DNA of 64,000 nt from Paraphysomonas bandaiensis. Its lineage: Eukaryota > Protista > Chrysophyceae. A program made the position numbers and the translations under genes. Below are positions 12,150 through 25,339 of this stretch, piece by piece. Under the pieces are notes generated by a model. That model saw only the letters and a program-made list of their open reading frames with translations, had not been told where the DNA came from and made no database searches. The stretch lies in the NCBI GenBank assembly GCA_965644295.1, contig CBFFRP010000090.1, positions 96,833 to 160,832 on the forward strand, written 5' to 3'. How positions within the stretch are numbered: position 1 is the stretch's first letter; each line of letters starts with the position of its first letter.

Positions 12150-13900
12150 TTATATATCAAAGTCTTATCAAGAGCACTAGGCGTCAAGAATCCGCACCAA
12201 AAAAGTAGCTAGATTAAAACTAGTCAACTTCTACAAGTAACTCACTAGTACAAATTTTCATATCCTACAATGTAACGCAAGCACCAAAGTGCGACTACTT
12301 CCGTTTTTATGTTAGGGAGAAGATCTCTATCGACGTAAGTCCTTGGAGTACAGATGGGTTTAGGCAGGGGAGGTCCTTGGGGTAGGGCTTTGCAAGGCTT
12401 TGGGTAGGCACAGGATTCTGTATTAGGGAGTCGAGTGTTCCTATAGCCTGAGATACGTGGGCGAGGGGGTAGAAAGAGGCTCCAGTATGCCTGGAGATTT
12501 CGCGGACTGCGAGTAGAGCTTGGGCGAAGTAATATAGCTGGCAGCGCCCGCGCTGCGGCATTTCCACTTGTGCAGGGTTTGTGGGGTTGGTAGACGTGTG
12601 GGGTCAGCTATGTCTCCTTGTTGCACCTAGTATGCGACGAACCCGCGGTTTCCTACGTTTCTGCCGGGTTATAGCGGAAAGTCTATGTGGCCCCTTGGGT
12701 GTGGTAACGTAACGGCGACTGCGGTCTTGAATCAATTATTTTGCGGCTGTATATAGAGCGGCTGGAGAAGATTGGCAACTGCCTTTTCTAGATTACGAAG
12801 TCCTCGTGAGCTCAAAGCACAGTTGTATTGTGCGCCAAACACATTCTCCAGCTGGGACTCAGTGATAGTCCCCGTCCAGAGTCGCTCAACCTGCGATGCT
12901 GAGATATTCCAGGCTCCACTGGAGAGTCTCTTGAGAATGGCGCCACGCCAAGTTGTTGGCAGGGTCGGGTCTCGTTGTAGGTCCCGGAGTCTCTTCTTGT
13001 GTCTCTGAAAGGCGGATTCTCATATCTGTGAGATGGAGTCGTGAGAGAGTCAAGTCGAAAACCACAGGCAGTGCATGTGGCGTTGTTCAGGTCTAGACCA
13101 TATTTTGTTTTGGACCAATTCTTACCAATGCAGAAGGATTTGTCCCATACCAGGGCTATGTTGAGTATGCGCTGTCGCAGGTGTGAACTGTCCTTAACCT
13201 TTGTTCTGTGAACAATCTGCCAGAGCCAGTTTATGCGGAAGTAAGGCACCACTCTCTTTCCAGAACCAGGTGCGCTATCAAGATTATGATCGTAGAGTTG
13301 GTCGCGAAGCGCAGCATAATTCACAAGCGTCCATTGGTCACGAAGGGTTGAGAACTCAGTGATCATATAGTCTGTGACGTACGTCCGGCGTGTATCAGAA
13401 AGACGTCAGTGCCATACTCGGTTTCATGGCTCGGTTTCACTGAAAGTGTAGTTGTGACGGCTTAGCATGCGGTCAACCTCTAACCAGCTACCCTGCAACC
13501 GCGTCTGCTATGTAAATTCATATGTCCATTCAGCTTCGTCAGTGGTGCGCCTTTCGGGGTGGGAGCGGACCCAGCTAATGTTCCTCTTGGTAAACAGCTT
13601 AGTTGCCACGATGCTCTCAAGGAAGACCCCTTTGGCACGATGCCCTAGCGCACGTCGTCGTGAGGAGAGGGCTTCCACAGCTATCATGAATACGGCCTTA
13701 CAATCAGTATTGGTAGGAATGTGGACGGGTGCTCGTGAGGTGAGTATGAGAGCTATGATAACTGCTAGTAGTTCTTACGCATATGGGTCAATGCCTTGTA
13801 TTTGTAGTTTCCATTGGTTTGGCATGTATAGATTTATAGATAATCTAGTTGTCCGTGGAGATAATAGATTTAATGGAGCAAACTTAGAATGAACTCGTGC
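12150..13900 (-). mobile_element. degenerate non-LTR retrotransposon (LINE) 3' part with RNase H domain and C-terminal Cys/His motif
   Basis: Minus strand ~13810-13490 reads YA*ELLAVIIAL...NTDCKAV...ISWVRSHPERR.../IYIADAVAG (RNase H E, D, WV.SH and AD..A motifs), then TCTACG...H motif at ~13080-13020; stops and frameshifts present; ends in the family tail GATAAGACTTTGATATA. Confidence 0.8.
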
Positions 13901-14644
13901 CACTCTTTTTTAAAAGTAACCTTGTATGATATCAAGCATACAGCTGAAAAATTTACAGCAGCGTAGATGTATACATTACGTATGGATGATTAGATTACAT
14001 GAAGAGTTCAATGATTATCTCATTCTCACAAGGTCAATCAGATGACGGAAACTTAATGAAATTAGCATACGTACATATATAAATTTTCTACATGGAGTGT
14101 TTTGGTCGACCAGAAATGCAGAAGACGACAGTGATGTTTAGCGATAAGCAGATCACAGACTTATACCACTGTCTCGTATAGAATATTCGAGTACTGATTA
14201 GTTAAATTCTTTTCAATGCTTTACGTCTTTGCTCTTTACTTCTAGTTTGCAGTTGCAGCAGTAGATTCTTTGCATATAGACACGTATACGATGCACCTCA
14301 CAGCATAAATGCATACTCGAAACAAGCCCATGCAATGTGTGTTATTACAGACACGTGAAGAGTATCAGATACCCATACCCTGATAGCATTATGCTGCATC
14401 TACTAGTCAAGCATATCAATCTCTCCATATCTGACTAGATACCGCCAGGATCTGCCTGATAATCCGGCAGTTGACACACTGCTCTGTCAGTATACAATAC
14501 GGACTACAGTCGTATAATATTCAAAACTCATGAAGGCTAAATATCCCTCTATTTTCACATTTCTGTGTGTAAATCCCACTTTTCTAAGATCTGTACAGCA
14601 GTATGTTTCACTTCTCAGTTCCTCTCTATGCATATGTACAGTGT

Positions 14645-14710
14645 AGGTATATATATATGTGTATATGTGTGTATATGTATATGTGTATGTGTATGTGTAT
14701 GTATGTATAC
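14645..14710. repeat. TG/TA/TATG microsatellite upstream of the TTLL gene
   Basis: tatatatatatgtgtatatgtgtgtatatgtatatgtgtatgtgtatgtgtatgtatgtata. Confidence 0.85.
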
Positions 14711-14818
14711 GCTACAACAGAATTAATTTGAACGAGAGTTTCTTCATAGTTACGCATGATGTCATCGACGCACCTCATACACCCTCCTGTGTCGACTAAC
14801 TTGAACTGATCTACATAT

Positions 14819-17800
14819 ATGATGTTTACTGACTCTCCTTCATGTGAGGAAGGGGTGATCTCAGTGAAAGAATGGTTCTCTAGCTCTCCATTAGAAGAGT
14901 TTGAGCTGCATGAGGGGGATATGAGTATGGAGGAATACTGGGCTCAAATGACACTCTCTTATGCAGAAAATGAGAATGGAAGTTTAGATGAGGATGATGA
15001 TGAGGAGGATGAGGACAGCAGTGATAATGAAATAGATTTTGGTGATGAGTTTGTTATGCAGCCTCACAATGGCGCCATTCTTAGTTTAGCTACTGGTATA
15101 AGCGACGATGAGGACGAGGAAGAGGAGGAAGAAACGAGCTCACGTGATGACAAGTCTGATTATTGTGATGATAATAGCAGTGGTCATGAGTATGATGATG
15201 ACGGTGGACATGAAGGGTTGTTCGACAAGTATATGACTAGTCCGAGACCTACGGATGCCTCAGTCAACAAATCTACTCGTGATGAGCAAAATTTCTTTGG
15301 TCAAGGGATAGAAAATGAAGATAGCGACGAGGATGGGGTGACTGCCGACCTTTTAGGTGTATTGGGTGATGGTGCACAGTCACAACATGACCAAACGAGT
15401 ACTCCAATGTCGGAGCATAGTCATAAATCATCTCCTCAAAAGTCCCTCTCAATTGCGCAGAATAATGGTAATAATAGTAAATCGAATCCATATGAAGGCC
15501 AAAAACGCCCTGTTGCACAATCGAGAGGAAAGAATGGGGTTACAGAACGCAAGAGTGAACGTAAGGCACTGGTAAAGAGACACAGAGCTGCTCATGACGC
15601 GGAGAAGAAACACAAAGTACGGCGACACGTTTACTCATACAACGTCATCATATGTTTGTGTATAGATGTGGCTTCTTGAGATGGTTGAGAAGAAACGGCA
15701 AGAGGAAGCTGAGTTAATGGACAAAGTGCGGAAGGCAGAACTGAAGCGAAAGAAGTTCAAGGAGGTGCGTCTTGTTTCATCGAGTTGTGTATGTAATTAT
15801 TCGCATACACTATAAGTATATGAACTTGAAGTACAATGTACCTTCATTGACGCTATCCATGTAGGCTCTACTTGAAAGGGCTCGTGCCAAGCAGCAGGCG
15901 CAGCAGGAGGTAGACAATCAGGCACATGAACAGGAAGTTTCTAAACCAACGAAGAAGGTAATGAAAGTAATCAGATTTATTCCCCAGTATTTCATGTATA
16001 AATGTCAAAATCACTTATCGTACTACACTATTTCTGAGTAGTTTTATTTGTGTGCAATGTTGGTTGCGGTGTACGACCTCTGGCGTTGATACTTCACGCG
16101 GTAGTCTCATATATTGTACAGAAAGTTAAAAGACAACCTGCAGTCGATAGCAGCTGCGCAGTGCCAGGCAAAAAGAAAGATGATGGAGGTGTTGAGGATG
16201 GAGATGAGGAGGCCCTTTTGAAGGAGGAGGCGGAAGCTAGAAAGCAGGTGATGCTGCATTCGTACCTCGGAGTTTATATGAGTGATGTCAACTGGTACTC
16301 AGATGGAGGAAGCCATCAGGATACGGAAGAAGTTTAAGCGACAACAGAAGAAGATTCTGCAATCTCTTAAGCAGAAAAAAATAGAGGAAGAGAAGAAGGT
16401 GCGTTTTCCGTCATGTAATGTTGCCAGTATTTGCTTTTGTGTTGCTTTATCATTCGAATCTTAGATAATGGAAGCTATGGAGAACGATGAGCGGGTTAAG
16501 GAACGATTGAGGAAGAGGTGGGGTTGGATAATTAACCTAGCTGTGTGACTTCTACTTATATCACACAAATGACTTGTGACGTTAGAAACTAATATTTATG
16601 CCACAGAAACGAAAAACTGCTTCGAAAACGAGAGGTTAAAGTTGGCACAAAGCCAGGGGGAGAGGGAGAAGAAGGACAAGACTGGGCAGCAGGTGTACAT
16701 GAAGTGTGTTTTAGTAACGACTTGGTATCTTCAAGTATATGCGCATTCTGCAGTGAATAGTAATAGGAGTATATAGTTAGGGATGATAGTGTTTTTGGAT
16801 GCTGAAGCCATAGCGGATGCCATAGTGGATGTTGTTATTATTACCACGTATTGATAGAAATTGTTGATTGTTTCAGGAAGTGGTGTGTCTGCTGTCCGCG
16901 CCTCTCGATCTCAAGGAGACCCAGCTGTCCCTATTACTGCGACGGAGTCTGAGTCATCGCACCCAGAGCGGGTAGGAAAAGTTACCCGTCGTTCTCGCAG
17001 TGTCAGTGCCGCAGATCGCTCTGCTGGTGCTACCGAAAGCAGCTATGGGGAAGAATCAGCTAAGCCGCGCAAACCCCGTAAAATGGCTTCCTCGTCCATG
17101 GCTGATGAAATATGCCGAGAGGGCGCGCAAGAAGATGATGGAAAGGATGAGAATGCCGATGAGGTAGCTGCTAAGGAGCGACGTAAGTTGGAAGCTAAGA
17201 GACGTCAAGAGAAGGTGGCCGCCCAATTGAAAGCCCTATCAGAGCAACGCCAAATGGCTGCCCTTAAGGCAAAAAGGCAAGAGGATAGAGCTAAGAAACG
17301 CGCCGATCTTCTTTCTGCCCGTGTTCAAATGGAGTTTTCCGAACGGAAGCTTATGGCGAAAGAAGATAAGTATGCGAATCCTGGCTGCCTGGGGGAAATG
17401 ATGCTAACTAAACCAGAGGCTACTGATGCCGAGGCTCCGAAAAAGAAAGTCACCCCGGAAATGGCTGAAGCAATGTTTAACCGACTTCAGGCACGCCAGG
17501 CCAAGTCTAAGGAATGTGCAGACGCAAGAGCGAACTCTATGCCACAAGCACGTGATTTTGCAGACTGGAAGAAAAAAAATGCCGTACCCTCCGATGCAAA
17601 GGTGTTCTGTATGACGGGTTGGTACCCCTGTGTAAAGTCAGCTCTCCTTCAACGAGGGTGGTACTTTAACCCTGATCATACCTCTCCTTACTGTGACCTG
17701 AAATGGACATTGCGCTCATCGGATGTAACAGCTGAAACTCTTCAACCGTGGCAGCTAACCAATCACTTCATGAAGAATATCGCACTAACAACAAAGATTG

Positions 17801-20169
17801 GTCTCCTGAAAAGCCTCCAACAGCTGGTGTGGATAGCTGATGCTACGGCGAATGATATAATCCCTCGCGGTTATGATTTGACTAATGCCATTGAAATTCA
17901 GGAGTATATCGATGACTTCCGTATTCAGCAGGCGGAATGTATCTTGAAAAAGCTCTATCACACTGCAACGGGGCTGGATAAGCCTAAATCTTTTAAGAAA
18001 CATGTCCCAATGACGCCACGGACTTCTCCCAGGGAGGCAGAGGGCGGAAATGGGAGTCAAACTCCCCAAAGAAAGGATGAAGATGTGGAAATTATTGCGG
18101 AAGTTCCCGAGCCGATTGTCGATGTAAATAAGTTACTTGTCAATCGAGCGGTGTTTTCGGCTTGTTGTGCAATTCTGGAGCGGTTTTTGAAACCATACTA
18201 TTCTGATTGTATTGACAACGAACCGCAGTACGACGACAACTATGCTGTGAGCGCCTTGGAATGGGAGTTGATTAGCGAATACGACATTTCATCGACCCAC
18301 ATACTTCCTGAGAATGCGCCAGAGCCGATCGATGATTTTATACAGGATAAGAACGATGGCACGGATCCTGGCTCTCCGTTGAACACAGCTAAGCAAAGAC
18401 AAGCCGTAGCACTGGCTAATAGGAACAGTAGACTTCAAAAGAAGCACGAAATGAAGGCAAGACAAGAGGCGTCCAATCATATCAAGGAACTTGTGCCTCT
18501 AGGTGAAGATGGACTCCGCACGGTGCATGAATTACTTAGTAAATGCAATATTATCAATTATAACCAGACGAGCTTGAATGGGAAGGGAGCGAGCGCAATG
18601 AATATGTGGATTGTAAAACCTGCTGCCAAGAGTAGGGGGAGAGGCATTACAACTTTCTGTGATCTGAAAAAGCTTCTGGATTATGTGGAGCTAGGGCGAA
18701 ACGGGAAGTCTTGCCTGACTTCATCGCACTGGATTGTGCAAAAATATATGGAAAATTCGATGATAATTGCTAATAGAAAGTTCGACTTACGCCAGTGGGT
18801 ACTAGTATACGACTGGAACCCACTCACGATATACTTCTTCGATGAGTTTTACGCAAGGTTCAGCGTAGACGAGTACTCTACGAGCGAGGAAACGATGGAT
18901 AATGCTCATGTGCACCTCGTTAATAATTCTATCGGTAAGACTAGCGAAAAATACCACGAGAAGTGCGTAACAGATAATGGGGAGGTACTCGATGGGTTCA
19001 TGCTGTCACATGAGCAGTTTTGCTCCTATCTTGAGTTCAAGTCAGGCGACCCTGGTATAGTATCGAATCTCAAAAGTCGCATGAAAGATATGGCTGTGTG
19101 GAGCTTAATGTGTGGTTCTGATGCTATTGAGCACCGCAAAAATTCCTGGGAGCTCTATGGGTTCGATTTTATGGTGGACGACGAGTTTAATCCTTGGTTA
19201 ATTGAGATAAATTCATCCCCTGCCTGTGACTACAGTACGAAGGTGACGGAGCGGTATGTCCAGAAAGCTCTTGTTGAGTTGCTGTCAGTTGTTTTAGACG
19301 TTAGGGAGTGGGAAAATACACCCAAAAAAGTAAGGGGAGAGAAGCCTGATACTGGTGGGTGGGAGTGTATATATACTGGTCCGTACCTGGAGACCCCTGC
19401 CTCCTCTTTTGGAACCGATATGTCTGTTAAGGGAGAGGCAATGAAGGTCCCTAGAAAGAAAGCACCAATGTACACTACTACTCTGTTCAGTGGAAAACAA
19501 CTGGGGTCTTCTCCTCCTAGAGAAAAGAAGGAAGCCGGATATTCCAAGGCCGTGGAATCGAAGAAATCCATCCCTTCTGAGTGCACTAGTAAGAGAGCCG
19601 CGTCTACGAGCAATACGTTTGTGAAATATGACCCGAATGAGTGTAGTGATTCTGAGGAGGAAAGCGGCAGCCCTGGGCCTGTTAAACTGAAGCCTTCTCC
19701 GGAGCGTGCACGAAACTCTACTGCTAGTAAATCTGGCAAGCGCCCAGAGCATCTTCCTCGCGCCTCTGAGAAATCTCTAAGTGGTAGTAGAAATGCAGAG
19801 AGAGGCGACACCGTACACAGCTCTATTTTGCCTCCCAGTCAAGTTCGTGCTGCTGCTCTTTCTACCATCGGAGGTGAGACAGAAGTCGAGCCTGTACGCT
19901 CTGTAAATAGTACCCGTGGGTCCTTTGTAAGCAGCCGTGGCACTGACAGTGGAACGGTTGCAATGCTAAACGATAGCGACAGTGACGATGAGGGACAGCC
20001 GGTTGGGGCAGCTAAAATAGCTCCAGAGACTGCTACAGTTGCTGCGGTCACTCAGCCGAAGAAAATGTCTATCAAAAGTCGCGCTAAATCGGGTGTGCCG
20101 TCAGATAGCTGTTCAAATAATGCCAGTGGTGCACCGATTCCAATAAAAACTCTGACTCTCGATTTCTAA
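14819..20169 (+). CDS. TTLL3: tubulin glycylase, TTLL3/TTLL8 family (~1,550 aa, 8 exons)
   Basis: TTL motifs MWIVKPAAKSRGRGI, WIVQKYME...RKFDLRQWVLVYDWNPL, ELYGFDFMVDDEFNPWLIEINSSP. The upstream acidic exon (14819-15616) and six small coiled-coil exons splice in frame via GT-AG introns into ORF 16861. Confidence 0.9.
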
Positions 20170-20877
20170 TTGTGCATTGCCATATGTAGGTGTAAATATA
20201 AGTTGTGCATGTCTCATTTATATATAACGATGCTCTATCACGTAATGAACTTAAAATTCTTTATTGTACTGGTATGGGCTGTGTTCTATTACATATGAGC
20301 TAGGGGGCACCGCATATGCAATGTGTTACGCGTTACGGTTACGCAGATAGTAAGTACTTGTGACTAACACTACTTTCATTTCTCTAGGCGTAATACAATT
20401 AAAAGCAGCAAGAAAATAGAAGTAACTGCACACTATAGTTATAGTTTATTTGTCGGTGTAAAGAATGTGAAAATCATTCCCCCCCGCATAACCTATATTT
20501 ATTTCACTCTTGCATTCAACATTTGGTGTCTATGTGTCTATACCGATTTACATCAATCAATAAAGTGTTGTATAGAGCATTGAATCATGAGTATGATGTT
20601 TCATTATACGAAATGCTTTCATCATCATTTATACATTATTACAAACTAGAGCCTTCAAGAATGACTGTAGGTTTTGTGAAGCGCATCGACGTTGGTTCAT
20701 ATATTGCATCACTCTTGAACTTGGGATCCACATTCAAGACTAGCACAATGTTAATATCATTCTAAAGTACCACTCTACAAAATTACTTCAAGACCTTGAT
20801 AACTATTACTGTGGGGCAATTACAGACCAGTAAATATAACTACATATTAATGGGCCAATTGCACAAAATCCCCTATA

Positions 20878-22716
20878 CTACCCTATAGATCTGCTTGATT
20901 CCATGCGCTTTACTGTGCGCAAGTACTTATGCATGTCTTCAAGGTCCACTCTTCCAACATCTTGGTAAAGTGGTCCGGTTCCTTTGAAGTCCAAGCTTTT
21001 CACCCTATTCCATGTATGATAAATTAGACATTAAATATATTTCATCATTAGGCTACACTCACTTTGAGGCTACTCTCGCGTTTAGACTCTTAGCTTCACG
21101 AGCTGCCTTTGAGACACTGGCGATGACATTAAATTCTGTATTGCTCTTCGAGCTAGGAGGTATGAACTTTTTAGGAGGACAAGATGTACAATGTGAAGAG
21201 TTATTCGCAGCAACAACTGAGGTGGCTGCTGCAGTTGCAGCCATTCGTGCGGCGGCCTCAATCAGAGAAGAATCGTACAACCTAGGGGGAGAGGCCGATG
21301 CTGCTTTCTTTCCTCTCCTCCTGCGCCTAACTGGAGTATTGCTTCGTCGTCTACGGGGCGATGAATCGATATACGGGGAGGTATACCTTCTACCAGTTAG
21401 CCGGTTAACCGATCGCGACACTTCCAAAGCCTTACTGGCTCCAATGGACTCGGCGTTGTCGAGTATATATTTAACTTCACGTTCGCGATTCTTCAATTGA
21501 TTTTCCAGTTTTTTCTCAGCAATTCGTGTTGCACGATTATCTGTGTCTTCTCTTGCCTTTATAGCTTCGCAAAGATCGCCATTGACCTGAAAAATTAACA
21601 CCTTAGCGTGTACCCAACATATCGACCGATATTATACACTACAATCTAATCTCATACTAAGTGCACTACAATACCATACCAATCTTTGGATACGGGAACA
21701 CTTACTTGGAGTATAATTTCCATGTATTTTTGAAGCGCCGCTAGACGGATATCTGCTTTCACAATCATTATCTTTTCTTTTTCGTGAAGCTCCATAACTT
21801 CATGCAAGCGCTCTCTTAAAAGTTGCTCTTCAGCTGCTGCATCGGTATTGAGTCGCTTCTCCATACTATCCCCCCTGGTTGTGGAGGCTACCAATTCGCT
21901 TTTGAGAGTACCCACCCTTTCACGTGCCAGGTCAATGTCATGCTCCAAACGTCGATTGTCGTTTGTTAGAATAGATTTCTTAGCAGAAAGGTGTTTAACT
22001 TGGTGTTCCAATGAGGAATGTGTTTCATTGCATTTTGATAACTTTTTACGAAGCTGGGCATGGCTATCCATCAATTCCTCTGTAGATGCTTTGATGGAAA
22101 GGTAGTGATCATTTACTCGCAGCTCCTGCTTATTACGTGCTAGGGCTTGGGACCGTCTGGCCTCAACAAGCTCTTGCCTTAGCTCATCCCTAATTCGGAC
22201 CGCGGATGCTCGCTCAGTTTCAACACTTTTTGCCTTGCTCTGTAACTCCCTAAAGGCAGTAATGACACTATTAGCAGAGTGTTTAGCCTCCAAAATTAAG
22301 ACACTATCCGGGGTCCGCGGAGAGGCGGATGTACGTATAGTAGATGAAGTTGTGTAGTCTGTGCGAGGAGTCGTGAACGGAGTTTCACTCCGTATGGATG
22401 ATCGTGGGGTGTATAGATGAGACAAGGAGCTGTTAGTATCATGTATAGTGGACTGATATTTTCTGTTGCTGGCAGTTGTTTCTTCTGAGAAGCGAATGTG
22501 TCCTTTCGAGCTCTTTGGAGTGCGCTGAATATCAGAGTTGTCGTGATGAGTGGAGCTGTGCTGTGTATGTCCGCATATCGAGCAAATAGATGAGTCTCCT
22601 TCTTGTCTGTATATATCACTCTGTTTATCTGCCGATCTGTTCTGCGACTCTCTTATGATGCGATCCATCTCTATGGATGCATCTTTATATGTCCAGGCTG
22701 TTGTAGGGGTTGACAT
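20878..22716 (-). CDS. coiled-coil protein, CEP57/translokin-like (3 exons)
   Basis: SANSVITAFRELQSKAKSVETERASA resembles the CEP57 centrosome-localisation domain start ([26 protein letters not shown]); KFIPPSSKSNTEFNVIASV resembles CEP57 PFVAGKSTSPSHAVVANV; the last exon ends ...MESSRSIG-TAG at 20878. Confidence 0.55.
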
Positions 22717-23218
22717 GATTGGAGAGGCTACAGACACATCACTTGGACATCATTGCAGGGGCAGATAGATTCACGGGTGATGGGTGTATATATTCCCGCC
22801 TCTATCTGATGTGTGTATGTATGTGTGGGTGTGTATGGGGGTTATTTTGGTAGTTGGGCGGATTTTTTTGGCGATATGAAGATATACACACACACTCCTG
22901 TATGTATACTGCTCTACATGCTGTACATGTACGTATCGTAGTATGTACGTATGTGTGTGGTGCATTGCTGTATGAATTCCTACCATGTGGCATGCGGACG
23001 TCATGTATATAGCGAATACTGCTGTAGTACACTGGTTCGACTGGTGTAGATCGCATGTACTGCTATATCTGTACTCTGCTACTGTGTATATGTATACATG
23101 GAGTGGACTGTGTAAGTACTCTGCTGGCAGTGTGTCTGCAGTGATGTTAAACCATGAGACACACTCTGCTATCACGACAATATATTGATGTCACCTGGAC
23201 TCAATTGACTCAGTAATA

Positions 23219-24790
23219 ATGTCTCACTTATTATCTCTTTCTCTTATAGTGTTTGTGGGGTTGAGTGCAGCGTGTGAGGATAGCAATGCACTGCACGATC
23301 CTCATCGCTGTCGTATGGTCTCAACATCAGAGTTTGTCTATAATTTAGAGGTAGAAAACATGCTCGAGGGCTTTGATGATACGATCATAATGAAATACGA
23401 CTTTGAGATGGACCCTAAAATGAAAAATGAAATCAATGAGTGGAATGGTGGACTGGATGTGTATTTGAAATCCGCTTATGACTACACGAGATGGGATGGT
23501 CCGCTCGGAATGTATGTGAATCTTATGTGTATGCTTATATCGATGTATTCTTAGTATGGTAATGTCAGATATGGTCCTCTAGGGCCGTACGGTCCTCTTG
23601 GCGCTTACGGTGCTGTCCCGAATCGATACAAGGGCAGCGTTCCACCAAACGATGAGGTATATTCTGTTATCTGTATCAGATGTTATCTCAGTGCTTATTA
23701 TAGAGGACTTACTGGAACAATTGGTGCCCAGTACCCTCGAGTGAGAACGATAAGGAGTGTGTGTATGGGTCTTTCGGGCCACTTGGGGAGTCTGGACCCT
23801 TGAATCTTTTTGCGTATTACAATACCATGTATCATCTACAGGAGAATGTTACATGGTATGGAGATTACACTATAAATTTAGATGCCGCAGGAGTGTGGGG
23901 GGTCCAGGGGTGAGAAAATTCTCTGTCACTGTCCTGTACTAATTCAGCTATGCAGCCCTCTTGGAGCTCTGGGATCATTGGGAGTTCTTGGACCAGTAGG
24001 CCCGCTTGGAATATCTCTACAATATGGTATATCTACTACTCTGAATGGCTCCTACACGACAAGTGACATCCCTCCCACACAAGGTGAAAATAGTGTATTT
24101 GAATTGAGGGAAACCAGCCCCGTAAGGTACACTCATAATGCATCAGTATACCGGGTATACGATTTATTCGAGGTATACTCCCGATTGTATGCGTTGGAAA
24201 AGGAGTTAGACACTTCCTTTGCTGTGGATGCATCTCATGCACTAAAAGATGCTCAGCAAAGTTCTAGCAGCGTTAGCGTGTCGGATTTGTACACTTTTCG
24301 ATCAAAACACGATCAATTTATCAGTATCAACATCGTTGCCTTTGGGGATAACTCCAGCGGACATGAGCTGTATGAAACATTCAAAGACCTATACGCCCAA
24401 AAGGACTACACTTCTGCAAGAAAACACAAAAACCACTGGGATGAGTTGCGAATGAGTGTAGGCTTGGTATGTAACGGGAGTACAATTGCAGAAGCATCTT
24501 GTAAAATATCAGCATACAATCCTCAGCACTGTTTGATGCCTTATATAACAACTAGGCTCAAGTCCAATGAGACATGCACCATTTCTACGTCGTTTGAGGC
24601 CCCCATGAACGACGAGTGTTGTGTTGATTGTTGGACTGGGTATTATCTCTATGTGACTGGATCGGGACTGAGTGTTATATCCAGTGATTCACGGAATAAT
24701 AACCCCGATCTATGGGGGCCACGTCTTCAGTCCAATGGTCAATACGGTTTTAATATCAATGGTGCGCATCAGAGTTGGTCTCCTTTTTAG
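23219..24790 (+). CDS. secreted hypothetical protein with GPLG-type Gly-rich repeats (4 exons)
   Basis: Signal peptide MSHLLSLSLIVFVGLSAA; the spliced product contains DGPLGIYGPLGPYGPLGAYG, SFGPLGESGPL and GVWGVQGPLGALGSLGVLGPVGPLG. Confidence 0.75.
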
Positions 24791-25030
24791 GAAGGCATCG
24801 TTGATACGCGAAGCGAGCATATGATCAGCCGGAACTTTGGGCTTAAGTGGTTGAATGGTAACCAATTTTATTTTTTACTTATAAACAGACTGTCGTGATC
24901 ACATATGGATTTTTATTACTCTTCAATAAATGTTTCTTTTTTATAGTACAATGATATTGTGTGCGTTATGTGAAATTATTGTAATGTGGGATAAGTCATG
25001 TTGAATGGGAAATATTATTCAACCTAGTCT

Positions 25031-25110
25031 AATTGGTGTAAATACCTAGTCGATGTAATAAATGGTTCAAATTGGTGTTAATGCCTAGTCGATGTATAAA
25101 TGGTTCAATT
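25031..25110. repeat. ~38-bp tandem duplication (2 copies)
   Basis: aattggtgtaaatacctagtcgatgtaataaatggttc / aattggtgttaatgcctagtcgatgtataaatggttc. Confidence 0.8.
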
Positions 25111-25339
25111 TAGCCCGTTTTAGTGTTACAACGTTCTATGTTTTATATCCATTAAAAACAGTAGTATTGGTTCCCTAGCCCTGGTGTGGTCAATGAAGCT
25201 GTTGACACAACTCCATGAATCATGAATCTGCAGGACACCTCTAGATCTTCATATGCTATGAGTCTATGAGTGACAGAGCTCTATCAGGTCTCCAAGAAAA
25301 CGTGACCGGCCTCATCGACGAATTCATCGATGACAAGGT

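Noticed and set aside
13467-13892. 141-aa plus-strand ORF
   Set aside because: Antisense shadow of the broken RNase H coding region on the minus strand
20300-20350. TAGGGG followed by GTTACGCGTTACGGTTACG as a possible hAT terminus
   Set aside because: No matching opposite terminus or TSD found; too short to support
22771-23188. H/T/Y/C/V-rich small ORFs in intergenic spacers (also ~27341-27584, 29347-29909, 42653-42907, 51314-51539)
   Set aside because: Translations of RY-rich promoter tracts rather than genes
25031-25110. 38-bp repeat read as a mini CRISPR array
   Set aside because: Two adjacent copies with no spacer; a simple tandem duplication in a eukaryotic context
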